64,000 nucleotides of DNA. It comes from a bacterium. GTDB lineage: Bacteria; Bacteroidota; Ignavibacteria; UBA10030. Positions within the stretch are counted from its first letter, which is position 1. Each line of letters starts with the position of its first letter. The DNA lies in contig JAZDJN010000038.1 of assembly GCA_043803945.1 (NCBI GenBank), positions 1-64,000 of the forward strand. The letters run 5' to 3'. Made by a program: the position numbers and the translations under genes. Below are positions 18,144-28,619 of this stretch, in pieces. The notes under the pieces were generated by a model. That model ran no database searches, was not told the origin of the DNA, and saw only the letters and a program-made list of their open reading frames with translations.

Positions 18144-20258
18144 ATGAATCACCTCATACGAACACCCTTCGCAGCGCTGTTGTTGTTCACCTGCAGCCTG
18201 GTTGGCCAACAGCGTAATTACGATCCGTTTCCGATGTCGATCGATGTTGGCAACTTCACCATGACTATGAACAAGCTGAATGGAGAGGGTGGACTATTGT
18301 CGCAATATAGCTGGATGCTCAGCGGAACAAATTCTCAAAAAACAGAACTCTTTTTCTGGCCTGCAGACCGGTGGCAAACCAATATGCTCTATCAGATATT
18401 CAATCCGCTTTCGTTGGACGATAACGGAATCCTCGATGAATTTCGCCAGCAGAGAGGAATGTATACTCGGGGTGAAGCGCTCACAAATCCCGGTAAAACA
18501 GATTGGGCATTCGAAGTGCGCCGCTACCGTCCTCCAATCATTATGGTGGATGGAATCCTGCTCAACCCACCGTACCGGTGGTGCGTTGACCCGAAGTTGA
18601 AATCAGATATGAAGCTGGAGTTTGAGGATGTGCTTGGACAATTTGGTTTGCGGAGTCATATAGAAATATACGCGTTCAGTAATCCATATTTTGCAGACTT
18701 CTTTATTTGGAAGACGACTCATAAATTCACGGGTGAAATAAAAAGGCCGCGGGAGGCCTCGCTGCCGACCGATACACTACCCGACCAGACCATACGGTTT
18801 TGGTGGCCGCTTGCATTTAGTTTTGGACCTTCCAAAATGGGAGAGTATAATACTATTGGCTATTTCGGCTATGAAGGTGAAGATGACCTTGACAGTTGGT
18901 TCAAACGGAAATCGGAGCTTGTCCCGGGACGCACACGCGATGAACTCTATGTGGCGTATTATTGGGATTCAGATAATCCCTATGCGGCTGTCTATACGAA
19001 TGGATTGACAGACGATACGGGAGATCCGGATCGGGTCAATGGATTTCTGCATGCAACACAAATTCCCGGCTATACCCTGCTCTATGCTGATAAAGCATAC
19101 AATCAGAAAGTAGATGATAAAACCCAGCCCTATTCCATGCCGCACGCGAGTATCGTTGAAGATCTCTGGGGCCGTCGCGATGTGGGATTGAAACAGACCT
19201 ATCGCGGCGATGACAATCGCGGCAAATTTCCATTGGATCCCATTTCCGCCGGTCTCTCCGTCAATCCGCAAAAAGGACCAATGCGATTCATTACCGTTGG
19301 GCCTTATGAATTGACGAAGAATAAAACGCAGGGCCGTGCTGATTCGCTGACGTTCGTCTATGCCATCGGTGTGGGCAGTATCGGATGGGAAGCCGCTGAT
19401 TCAATCGGCCGCCTCTGGTTCAATAAACAGATCTCCGATGCAACGAAAAATGAATGGGTCTTAAAAGGGCGCGATTCACTCTGGAAAACTCTCGACCGTG
19501 CAAATTGGGCTTGGGATCGCCTCAGCAAAGGATTGGGGATTCCTTCTCCGCCGCCACCTCCCGATATTTCTGTTGCCTCCGGACCCGATCGGGTGATCGT
19601 CTCGTGGTCTTATCCCGACGCAGCATATTTCAAAGATCCTGAAACCGGAGTTGATGACTGGTATACATGGCGTGTCTATCGAAAACAGGGTGCCTTCTTT
19701 GTCAACGATCCGCTTGATCAACGGAGCAAAGCCCTATGGATTCTTGTTCACGAGACAACAGACCGCAATCAAACAACCTTTATTGACAAAAATGTTCAGC
19801 GGGGAGTAGATTACTATTACGCGGTCACGGCTGTCGATAATGGTACTCAGAATTCCAGCGGACTCGATACCGGCGTGAAGCTGGAAAGCTCAAGGTATGT
19901 CACCCGTTCTCAGCTTCCCGTAACTTCATTTAAGCCAGGATTGAGTGAAGGGAATAAAGTCCGCGTTGTTCCAAATCCAGCGACAGTCGCCGCCGGCGGA
20001 TTGGGATTTGCCGGCACGCCGAATAAAATTCTCTTCGTCAATCTGCCGGTGAAATGTACGCTCAAGATTTATACCGAGACCGGTGACCTGGTCAAGACGA
20101 TCAACCACTACGGCACTGCAGACCATGAGTGGGACCAGCGTACCGATAATAACCAGTATGTCACGAGCGGGATTTATATACTTCTGGTGAGTGAGAGCCA
20201 GGGGCTCGACGGTCAAGCGCTGGATAATCAATTTGTTAAATTTGTTCTTGTGCGATAG
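18144..20258 (+). CDS. Secreted protein with FN3-like domain and T9SS type-A-like C-terminal sorting domain
   Basis: Signal; PPPP..V.VSW...YYYAVTAVD; VVPNP...IYTETGDLVKTI...WD...SGIYI...KFVLVR. Confidence 0.8.
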   Translation: MNHLIRTPFAALLLFTCSLVGQQRNYDPFPMSIDVGNFTMTMNKLNGEGGLLSQYSWMLSGTNSQKTELFFWPADRWQTNMLYQIFNPLSLDDNGILDEFRQQRGMYTRGEALTNPGKTDWAFEVRRYRPPIIMVDGILLNPPYRWCVDPKLKSDMKLEFEDVLGQFGLRSHIEIYAFSNPYFADFFIWKTTHKFTGEIKRPREASLPTDTLPDQTIRFWWPLAFSFGPSKMGEYNTIGYFGYEGEDDLDSWFKRKSELVPGRTRDELYVAYYWDSDNPYAAVYTNGLTDDTGDPDRVNGFLHATQIPGYTLLYADKAYNQKVDDKTQPYSMPHASIVEDLWGRRDVGLKQTYRGDDNRGKFPLDPISAGLSVNPQKGPMRFITVGPYELTKNKTQGRADSLTFVYAIGVGSIGWEAADSIGRLWFNKQISDATKNEWVLKGRDSLWKTLDRANWAWDRLSKGLGIPSPPPPPDISVASGPDRVIVSWSYPDAAYFKDPETGVDDWYTWRVYRKQGAFFVNDPLDQRSKALWILVHETTDRNQTTFIDKNVQRGVDYYYAVTAVDNGTQNSSGLDTGVKLESSRYVTRSQLPVTSFKPGLSEGNKVRVVPNPATVAAGGLGFAGTPNKILFVNLPVKCTLKIYTETGDLVKTINHYGTADHEWDQRTDNNQYVTSGIYILLVSESQGLDGQALDNQFVKFVLVR

Positions 20259-20267
20259 GAGGCTGCC

Positions 20268-21293
20268 ATGCGAACTCTTTCGAACACCTTCTTCCTCCTC
20301 ATGGTGATTCTCTTCATCGGCATGGGGAATGATGCCCGCGGGCAGATCACTAAGAAGGCACAGGTGGGATTCCGTTTCCTTGAAAACCCGATCGCAGCCG
20401 ATGTTGTCGGCCGCGGCTCGGCAGGAGTTGCCACGACACTCTCTTCAAGCGGAGTGTTCTGGAACCCGAGCCTGCTCGGTTGGATTCCTCAGAACGTTGA
20501 CCTCAGCCTGCATCACACCACCGGCATCGCCGATATCAGCTACAACGCGCTTGCTGGGGCAGTACAGATCAATGGTGTTGGAGTCCTTGGCATAAGTCTG
20601 CTGACCATGGATTATGGCACTTTTTATGGAACGCGGCGGGCAGCGAACAGTACTGGTTACATAGAAACCGGAGAATTTTCTCCCACTGCCTTTGCCGTCG
20701 GATTGGCATTTTCTCAGAAAGTGAGCAACCGTTTCTCGTATGGTGTTCATCTGAAATATGCGCAGCAGGATCTCGGAGCGGCGTGGGTTGCCGCAACCGG
20801 TTCCAGTATCTCCGATCCCGCTCTGGAAATCAGTGAACGCCAGTATGTCCAGAAAACTCTGGCCATGGATGTTGGTGCGTATTACGATTTTCTCTACAGG
20901 GGAATTCGCTTCGGGGCATGCCTGCAAAATATTTCACGTGAAATCCGGTATGAGAATGAAGCCTTTCCACTCCCATTTGCTGTCAGCTTCGGTGCGACGG
21001 TGGAACCGCTGCAATTTTTTAGCGAAGAGGAGAAGGATGTTTTGATTCTTTGCATCGAGTCGCGGCATCCCAGAGACTTCAATGAGAAGTTGAAAGTGGG
21101 AGCTGAATACAGGTTTCTCGATATCTTCACTGCACGCGCAGGGTACGCGACCAACTATACTGAACGGGGCTTCTCTGCCGGTATTGGAATCCGATACGAT
21201 GTGGCCGGTTTCCCTGTTCGTGCCGATTACGCGTATCAGGCATTCGGAGTTTTCGGTGCAGTGCATTATCTCTCACTGGCCGTGAGCTATTGA
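20268..21293 (+). CDS. PorV/PorQ-family outer-membrane beta-barrel
   Basis: AQVGFRFL, FWNPS.LG, RAGY, DYAYQAFGVFGAVH; terminal aromatic residue. Confidence 0.8.
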   Translation: MRTLSNTFFLLMVILFIGMGNDARGQITKKAQVGFRFLENPIAADVVGRGSAGVATTLSSSGVFWNPSLLGWIPQNVDLSLHHTTGIADISYNALAGAVQINGVGVLGISLLTMDYGTFYGTRRAANSTGYIETGEFSPTAFAVGLAFSQKVSNRFSYGVHLKYAQQDLGAAWVAATGSSISDPALEISERQYVQKTLAMDVGAYYDFLYRGIRFGACLQNISREIRYENEAFPLPFAVSFGATVEPLQFFSEEEKDVLILCIESRHPRDFNEKLKVGAEYRFLDIFTARAGYATNYTERGFSAGIGIRYDVAGFPVRADYAYQAFGVFGAVHYLSLAVSY

Positions 21294-21358
21294 CCGCTTT
21301 AAAAGAATCGCCGCCAAGATGAAGTAGAATTTTTTTATAATATTTTTAATAGCGAACT

Positions 21359-22303
21359 ATGGAACTGATAATTCAACCATATTCAGATCGTTACCGGGAA
21401 GAGGTACTTGCACTCTGGGCTGAAGCGCTTCCCCTCGACGCTATCACTAATGATATCCTGGAACAGCGAGTCCTGCTCGACGAAAACTTCGATCCCGAAA
21501 CATTTCTTCTTGCATTCGACAGTCAAGCGCTGACCGGTCTTGTGGTCGGTATCCACGCAAAACGCATGCCGCTCGGAGATGCCGATCCCGATGGAACGTG
21601 CTGCTGGATTACTGCACTCGCTGTCAGAAATAATGATTCTTTTCAGCGCACAACAACGAAACTTCTGGTGGAGATCGAGAATCGTTTTCGACAGTTGGGG
21701 AAAAAGGAATGCCGCGTCTCTGGTTACCCTCCGGGATACTTCACTCCTGGTATCGACCAGCATGCCTATGCTCATCTAGTAAGCCTGTTTCGGGAAAACA
21801 ACTACACGACGTATCATGAAGCTCTCAGCATGGATGCATCGATTGTGCTCTTCCAGATTCCCGTACAGATAGTAGCAATTGAAAATCAACTCCGGGATCA
21901 GGGAATCCGGATTCGATCGTACCAGAGAACTGATCTTGTTGCCTTTCTCGCGTTTCTTGAGCGGTCGATGCCGACAGATTGGGTGAGAGTCGAGCGGCGA
22001 AATCTCCGCAAGATAATTGAGGGGGGATTTCATCCTGAACAGATTATGGTTGTCACTGCCGGAGAACAATTGATCGGCTATTGCCAATTCGAGGGATCAC
22101 ACTTCGGGCCATTTGGTATCGCCGAGAATTTCCAGGGAAAGGGGATCGGCACGGTGCTGCTGGCCCGGACGCTGGAAAGGATGAGGATGGAAGGATACCA
22201 CGATGCCTGGGTGATGTGGACGGATGACCTCGCTGCAAAAGTGTATGAAAAATTCGGATTCAAGCAGACACGACGGTTTTCCATGATGAAGAAAGCATTA
22301 TAA
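21359..22303 (+). CDS. Tandem-domain GNAT N-acetyltransferase
   Basis: FGPFGI...QGKGIG, YEKFGF; two GNAT domains. Confidence 0.85.
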   Translation: MELIIQPYSDRYREEVLALWAEALPLDAITNDILEQRVLLDENFDPETFLLAFDSQALTGLVVGIHAKRMPLGDADPDGTCCWITALAVRNNDSFQRTTTKLLVEIENRFRQLGKKECRVSGYPPGYFTPGIDQHAYAHLVSLFRENNYTTYHEALSMDASIVLFQIPVQIVAIENQLRDQGIRIRSYQRTDLVAFLAFLERSMPTDWVRVERRNLRKIIEGGFHPEQIMVVTAGEQLIGYCQFEGSHFGPFGIAENFQGKGIGTVLLARTLERMRMEGYHDAWVMWTDDLAAKVYEKFGFKQTRRFSMMKKAL

Positions 22304-22376
22304 GTACTTCAATGGCAGACCGAGAGGCACTGTCAATCGTTGGCAAACTCTCAACATCAAAATAGTAGATAAAACT

Positions 22377-23081
22377 ATGGAACCGAAAAAAACAATTCTT
22401 GCTATCGGTGCACACTGCGGAGACATTGAGGTGACCTGTGCTGCCGTGCTCGCGAAGCATCGTTCACTAGGGGAGAGGGTGATTATTCTCCACCTTACGC
22501 TGGGAGAAGGCGGCAATCCCAAACTCTCTCCGGCACTCTATGGAGAACAAAAACGGCGGGAAGCTCTTGCAGCTGCCCAATGCATCGATGCCGAAGTACT
22601 CTTTGCTCCCTACAAAGATGGGGAACTGCCGAACGATCAGCAATCGCAGATCTATGTTGCCGATCTGATCAGGCAGGTGAAGCCTACGCACATCATTACC
22701 CATTGGCGAACCAGCATTCATAAAGACCACGTCAATACTCATGCGATTGTGATGGATGCTGTGCTGCTCGCATCATTGGTGGGTGTGGTAACAAAACATC
22801 CCGCCCATCGGGGAGTGAAGGCTATCTATTATACAGAGAATTGGGAAGATCCTGAGAATTTCAAACCGTACATCTATGTTGATATTACCGATCATCTACA
22901 AAGCTGGCAGGAATGTGTCACACAGTATGAGTTCATCAAAGGCGGGATATCTTTATTTCCCTATCTGGAATATTATCAAGCTCTTGCCCGGGTGCGGGGA
23001 GCTGAATCGGGAACCCGGTATGCAGTAGCGTTTGATGTCGATCCATTCGAAAAGAAACATCGTGTCGCCATGTTGCCATAA
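22377..23081 (+). CDS. PIG-L/LmbE-family N-deacetylase
   Basis: LAIGAHCGDIE, LTLGEGG, HKDH. Confidence 0.88.
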   Translation: MEPKKTILAIGAHCGDIEVTCAAVLAKHRSLGERVIILHLTLGEGGNPKLSPALYGEQKRREALAAAQCIDAEVLFAPYKDGELPNDQQSQIYVADLIRQVKPTHIITHWRTSIHKDHVNTHAIVMDAVLLASLVGVVTKHPAHRGVKAIYYTENWEDPENFKPYIYVDITDHLQSWQECVTQYEFIKGGISLFPYLEYYQALARVRGAESGTRYAVAFDVDPFEKKHRVAMLP

Positions 23082-23109
23082 AGCAACAGACGGCGGGAAA
23101 AATGATTCT

Positions 23110-24043
23110 ATGCCGTTCTCAATCAGATCATATCGATCGGAAGATGAACAGAGTGTAGTAGAATTGTGGAACGCGTGTCTGGTGCGCGATGAAATTACTC
23201 TGAACACTTTCCGAAAAAAAAATCATCCTCGATCCGAACTTTGATGCCGGGGGATGTTTCGTTGTTGAAGCAAATCAGAGGATTGTCGCATTCCTGCTCA
23301 GTATCTCCCGTCGATATCCTTATTTCGATGTGGGGTTGGAAAAAGGACGAGGATGGATCACGGTGTTTTTTGTTCATCCCGACTGGAGAAGAAAATCGAT
23401 CGCTTCGACGATGGTACAGGCAGCAGAGCACTTTCTACAGTCGCAGGGAGTAACCGAAGTCCATATCGCAGACTATACGCCAAACTACATCATTCCCGGC
23501 ATTGATCTGGATGTCTATGCCGATGCATCCCAATTCCTTAAATCACTCCACTATGAGAAGTGTCAGAATGTTTACAGCATGGGGCGTTCTCTGCTGGATT
23601 ACTCATTTCCCAATGATGTTAAGGAGCGGTTTACTCCATTGCATACCGCAGGATTCACTGTGGAAGTGTTTCATCCTAACCATACACTGGAGCTCCTGGA
23701 ATTTCTCAGGACCCATTATCCCGGCGACCTCTTTCGTGTTGCCCTCGACCGGCTCAGGGAAAATCCTGAATGTGATGAGATCCTTGTTGCATTAAAAGGT
23801 GAGAAGGTTGTCGGTTTCAGTCATTTCGTCGATGAACATTTTGGTCCCTTCGGGATTGATGAAGCGTATAGCGGCAGGGGATTAGGTCCAATGCTCTATT
23901 ATTATACCGTTGAGCAAATGCGCAAGAAAGGAAAACAAAACCTCTGGCTTGCCTGGACAACAGGGCGTGCAAAAGATTTCTATTATAAAGTCGGATTGAA
24001 AGTACTCCGCCGGCATGAAATTCTGAAGAAAGTATTGGCCTGA
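23110..24043 (+). pseudogene. Second tandem GNAT, frameshifted at an A9 tract (23214-23222)
   Basis: Removing one A joins MPFSIRSY...TFRKK to IILDPNFD...GLEKGRGW, giving 310 aa colinear with the 314-aa GNAT upstream. Confidence 0.8.
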
Positions 24044-24065
24044 TCATTTGAATGAAAGGTGGATA

Positions 24066-25832
24066 ATGAAAAGACCTATTATGCTTTTTATAATTTTCCT
24101 GGTTCTTGGCGCGAAATATTTGAACTCGCAACCAATCCGCATTGAGGTTGATGCGGCAAAGAAGATTCGAGCGATCAATCCCTGGCTCTATGGAATCAAC
24201 ACAGCGCGATGGGATGAATCGCTCTTTCCTGAACACCCCGACGAAATGCTGCTTACCGCCGATCGTGATGCAATCAAAAAGATCAAAGCATCTGGGATCA
24301 CTTTGTTGAAATACCCGGGTGGGAACGATGCCGACAGTTACATCTGGAACTCCCCCGACAACAATGTCTCGGAGATGCAGACCGATGAATATATTGCTCT
24401 CTGTCGTGAGGTGGGTGCGGCGCCGTTCATTACCATCAACTTTAATCAGACTCCCGAACTGGCGGCAGAATGGGTCCGCTACTGTAATCGGGAAAAGGGG
24501 TACGACGTGAAGTTGTGGGAGATTGGGGATGAGCGGTGGGGTACCTGGGCAAAGGGATATGTTCCTCCTGAAGAGTATGCGAAGAAATATATCCTGTTTG
24601 TCCAGGCTATGCGTGCTGTCGATCCGGACATAAAAGTTGCCACCAATGTTCCGCTGGGGTATCATCGTGAACAATGGACGGAGCGTGTCCTTCGCTCTGC
24701 TGTCGATTACGTCGATATGTTAACCTTTACCTACTTTCCACAGCAATGGGGAAAGGAAAATGACGACAGCCTGATGGCCAGTGTCGGCGTGTTCGAAAAG
24801 CTCGTCCTTCAGCTTCGAGAAGATGTTGAACGTGTGGTTGGGAAGAAGAAAGCTGACGAGATGCTCTATGTCAACGTAGGGTATAATTCGGTCAATCATT
24901 CTCCTGGGCATCAGACCCTTCAGATGATTAATGCGCTCTTCACGGCGGATATGCTTGGAGTGATGGCACGAACGGGAATCGATATCGGATGTTTCTGGGC
25001 GCTTCATAATTTTTATCCGCCGCGCGGCGGCGACTTCGGATTTATGTCATCGGAGGGAAAGAACACTCCTCGCTATTCGTATTATGTATTACCTCTTTTC
25101 TCAAAGTATCTTAAAGGAGAGCTTGTTGAGTCTCTGGGCGGCGGAGCGTTGGTCTCAACGTACGCAGCACGCGATGGCAAAGCGTTGTCAATTGCATTTC
25201 TTAACAAAGATCGTCGGGCAATCCAGTACGCTCAACTTCAAGTAAAAAATTTTACACCGCTGCAGAAAGGGATGGCTTATATACTTGATGCGACAAGGGA
25301 AATGAAACCGTTTAACCTTCCACCGCTTTCAGGAACTATGACTTTGAAATTGCCGCCCTACAGCCTGATTATGGTGAACATGATCGATAGCGATTCAACG
25401 CTTCAACCAGAAAATCTTACCCTTAACGCCTCCGCTGCCGCCTCTTCCTTCTCTACTATTGGGCCGCACTTCACACCGCCGAGTGCGATTGATGGTAAGA
25501 TGCATACACGATGGAATTCAGCGGCCTGGACAAAATCGAACGGTGAAGAATCGCAGTGGTTTCAACTCAGATGGAAAACAACGCAGACAATCCGGCGGAT
25601 ACGGATTCATTGGGGAGAATCTCCAGCACAGGAGTACGAAATTCTCCTCTCCTCGGATGGTGCTCATTGGAAAACTGTTAAGAAGGTGGCCGGGGGGCGT
25701 GGAGGAACTGAAGAATATTCCTTCGATGCACAGCGAGCCAGACAGTTGAAAATTATTGGGAAGAAAGGAACGAAAGGTATCTCGGCCTATTCGATTCGCG
25801 AGATAGAAGTTTTTAAAGAACCGATGAGATGA
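24066..25832 (+). CDS. Clan GH-A-like (GH51/GH44-like) glycosidase with C-terminal F5/8 (CBM32-like) domain; atypical catalytic residues
   Basis: Signal; LKYPGG..AD.Y.W, AAEWVRYCN, WEIGDE; AIDG...TRW, I.WGE, YSIREIEV. Confidence 0.8.
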   Translation: MKRPIMLFIIFLVLGAKYLNSQPIRIEVDAAKKIRAINPWLYGINTARWDESLFPEHPDEMLLTADRDAIKKIKASGITLLKYPGGNDADSYIWNSPDNNVSEMQTDEYIALCREVGAAPFITINFNQTPELAAEWVRYCNREKGYDVKLWEIGDERWGTWAKGYVPPEEYAKKYILFVQAMRAVDPDIKVATNVPLGYHREQWTERVLRSAVDYVDMLTFTYFPQQWGKENDDSLMASVGVFEKLVLQLREDVERVVGKKKADEMLYVNVGYNSVNHSPGHQTLQMINALFTADMLGVMARTGIDIGCFWALHNFYPPRGGDFGFMSSEGKNTPRYSYYVLPLFSKYLKGELVESLGGGALVSTYAARDGKALSIAFLNKDRRAIQYAQLQVKNFTPLQKGMAYILDATREMKPFNLPPLSGTMTLKLPPYSLIMVNMIDSDSTLQPENLTLNASAAASSFSTIGPHFTPPSAIDGKMHTRWNSAAWTKSNGEESQWFQLRWKTTQTIRRIRIHWGESPAQEYEILLSSDGAHWKTVKKVAGGRGGTEEYSFDAQRARQLKIIGKKGTKGISAYSIREIEVFKEPMR

Positions 25833-25972
25833 GTATTTGAAAGATTGAGATCTCAATGTTCAAAGATGGGATTGGTAAAAAACGAAGCGTGGGTGTCACG
25901 ATCCTACCGTGACACTTCAAAAGTAAAAGCTCTTTTAGCGTAACAGGAAGAATCGGAGTATCAAGACATACT

Positions 25973-27082
25973 ATGGAAGTACCACAGGAAGTATTGAAGA
26001 CTGCTCCCTCACGCATCGAATCGATTGATGCGTTCCGTGGATTTGCCGTCGCTGGAATGTTATTGGTCAACAATCCGGGCACCTGGGATCCAACAGTGGT
26101 GCCGCGTCTGTTGATGCATGCGGAATGGCATGGATGCACATTTGCCGATTTGATCTTCCCGTTCTTTCTCTTTGCTGTTGGCATGGCCATGCCGTTCAGC
26201 GAGAAACGGAAGTCTGCCTTAGAAATTCCGTACTGGAGGAAAATTCTTATTGCAGCAACGCGGGCACTTCTCCTTTATCTCCTTGGAGCATTTCTCAAGT
26301 CGGCTTCCCTCGATATTCCCGTTCTTCACTTTGGCATTCTCCAGCGAATCGGAGTCTTGTATTTCATTGTATATCTTTTACTGCCGCTGCGCATTCGAAC
26401 ACAGGCAATCCTTGCGGCGCTGCTCTTATTCGTCTGGTGGGGAATCATGCTGGTTGTTCAAGGCCCGGGTGTGGTTCCCGGCTCATTCGAACGTGATCTG
26501 AATGCTGCTCAATACCTGGATAGCTTCATTCTCGCACCCGAAGATAAGGAGACAATTATAAGTATGATTCCGGGAATATCGACCGTGCTCTTTGGCGTGC
26601 TCGCTGGCAGGATGTTGATGCAGGTGCATGACAATAGACGCGTTGTTCAGATGCTCTCTGCCGGAGCTGCGGCAGGAATTGCGCTGGGATTACTCTGGGA
26701 TTTGGTTGTCCCTCTGAATAAGATTTTATGGACATCCTCCTTTGCGGTCTTTACGGCCGGCTGGTCTTGCCTTGTCTTCCTCCTCTTCTACTGGATTACC
26801 GATATGCGGAAACTCAGGATTCTGTCGTTTCCTTTCATTGTCTACGGAATGAATGCTATCACCCTTTACATGGCTACAGGATTGTTTGTGCGCTGGGTCA
26901 TGCTTTCCTGGAAGGTTCCCTGGCAGGAGGGGACAATCTCTCTCACCGGATTTTTTTATCGAACGTTCGCTTCCGTCACAGGGCCGACTATCGGTTCGAT
27001 ACTTTATTCCCTGCTCATCCTCATCCTCGGATGGCTCCTCTGTTATTGGATGTACAGACGGAAATTATTTTTGAAAGTCTGA
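25973..27082 (+). CDS. HGSNAT-like (DUF5009/DUF1624) membrane acetyltransferase
   Basis: RIESIDAFRG, MLLVNNPG, HAEWHGCTFADLIFPFFLF, GILQRIG, NKILWTSSF. Confidence 0.9.
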   Translation: MEVPQEVLKTAPSRIESIDAFRGFAVAGMLLVNNPGTWDPTVVPRLLMHAEWHGCTFADLIFPFFLFAVGMAMPFSEKRKSALEIPYWRKILIAATRALLLYLLGAFLKSASLDIPVLHFGILQRIGVLYFIVYLLLPLRIRTQAILAALLLFVWWGIMLVVQGPGVVPGSFERDLNAAQYLDSFILAPEDKETIISMIPGISTVLFGVLAGRMLMQVHDNRRVVQMLSAGAAAGIALGLLWDLVVPLNKILWTSSFAVFTAGWSCLVFLLFYWITDMRKLRILSFPFIVYGMNAITLYMATGLFVRWVMLSWKVPWQEGTISLTGFFYRTFASVTGPTIGSILYSLLILILGWLLCYWMYRRKLFLKV

Positions 27083-27083
27083 T

Positions 27084-28295
27084 ATGGCCGATACTCTGAG
27101 TCCACCAATCTCCATAACAGTTCGAACTGGTGCCGATCAGATGCTGACCGATGCATCCGGATTGATAAAGGGGAAACGCATTGGCCTTCTCACCAATCAT
27201 ACCGGTCGATTATCTGATGGCTGTTCGATCATCGATGCTCTGGGGGCATCGGGGATCTGCCAGTTGAAAGCGCTCTATGGACCAGAGCATGGCCTCACCG
27301 GTACAACACCCGATGGCAAAGCCGTCAATCATACAAGTCATCCAGCGTATGGCGTACCGGTTTATTCGCTGTATGGCAAACATCACAAACCGACGAAGGA
27401 GATGCTTGCCGGAATTGATTTGCTTGTCTGTGATATTCAGGATGTTGGAGCGCGATTCTATACGTTCATTTCAACCGTTGCCTTGATGATGGAGGCATGC
27501 GCAGAGACGAACATTCCGTTTATCCTGCTCGATCGGCCGAATCCCATCCGCGGCCTCATGGTCGATGGCCCAATCCGCGTTCAGTCGTTAAAATCGTTTG
27601 TAGGCTGGATGCCGATCCCGGTAATGCATGGATTGACGCTTGGCGAACTTTGCTCGGTCTGGAACGGAGAAGGTTGGCTTGCAAACTCAGTGCGGGCTAA
27701 GCTGGAAGTAGTGCCGATGCAGGGATGGAGACGATCAATGTGGTTCGACGAAACCGGATTGCCATGGATTCCTCCTTCACCGAATATGAAAACTCTGGAT
27801 ACGGCCATCGTCTATCCGGGCATGTGTTTCATCGAAGGCACAACTGCATCTGAAGGACGCGGCACAGCGAAACCGTTTCAGATGATCGGGGCGCCATGGC
27901 TGGATGCTGATCGGGTGCTCGCTCAATTGGAACAGATGAATCCGCAGGGAGTTTTACTGCGAACATGTGAATTCAGTCCACGGGAGATACCCGGAGTAGC
28001 AAGCCAACCGAAATTCGATAGCGAGGTTTGTCGTGGAATAGAAATTTCCGTCGTGAAGCGTGAATGTATTGCACCGGTGCAATTGGGGATCATGATATTG
28101 GCTGCGATGAAACGTGTACATCCGCAGGAAATGATTCTGAGACATCGTCGATTTGATATACTTACCGGCAATGCCTCCATCCGCGAGCAGCTCGATCGAG
28201 ATGTTCCTCATGCTGAGATCGTTGCATCGTGGAGCTCAGAGTTAAATACGTTCAGGATGATCAGAAGTAAGTACTTACTCTATAAAGAAGCATAG
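27084..28295 (+). CDS. namZ: Exo-beta-N-acetylmuramidase NamZ family (DUF1343)
   Basis: GLLTNHT, PEHG, DIQDVGARFYTF, LDRPNP, SPNM, SEGRGT; no evident signal peptide. Confidence 0.88.
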   Translation: MADTLSPPISITVRTGADQMLTDASGLIKGKRIGLLTNHTGRLSDGCSIIDALGASGICQLKALYGPEHGLTGTTPDGKAVNHTSHPAYGVPVYSLYGKHHKPTKEMLAGIDLLVCDIQDVGARFYTFISTVALMMEACAETNIPFILLDRPNPIRGLMVDGPIRVQSLKSFVGWMPIPVMHGLTLGELCSVWNGEGWLANSVRAKLEVVPMQGWRRSMWFDETGLPWIPPSPNMKTLDTAIVYPGMCFIEGTTASEGRGTAKPFQMIGAPWLDADRVLAQLEQMNPQGVLLRTCEFSPREIPGVASQPKFDSEVCRGIEISVVKRECIAPVQLGIMILAAMKRVHPQEMILRHRRFDILTGNASIREQLDRDVPHAEIVASWSSELNTFRMIRSKYLLYKEA

Positions 28296-28442
28296 TGTGA
28301 GTTAATATTGTTCGAGCTGAATGCTAGATGAATGAACTTGTGGACAACTGAAGATGAATAGGAAATTCCGAGAAAATAAATAGTGTTCCCAAAATGAGTC
28401 AGTTTGGGATCTACTACGCGGAATTGCAATTTGCCGCTTAAT

Positions 28443-28496
28443 AGATCCCCGACGAAGGCATCCGGGGAACACTGATAAAATTGAGAATCAGTGTTG
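28443..28496. repeat. REP-like hairpin plus short aacactgat/atcagtgtt inverted repeat
   Basis: tccccg...cgggga; aacactgat-10 nt-atcagtgtt. Confidence 0.5.
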
Positions 28497-28619
28497 TCTC
28501 GCTACATTGACATTTTGCTATTTGTATCTTGATTCTTGATTTCAACGTTTGCCTGTCAGGAAACGATGGGATATCGTATCAAATAACAGCATCATCAAGT
28601 ACTGGGTGGATTGGTTACA

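Noticed and set aside
28507-28535. TTGACA upstream of the SSS gene as a promoter
   Set aside because: The best -10 (TATCTT) is only 12 bp away and the region is low-complexity
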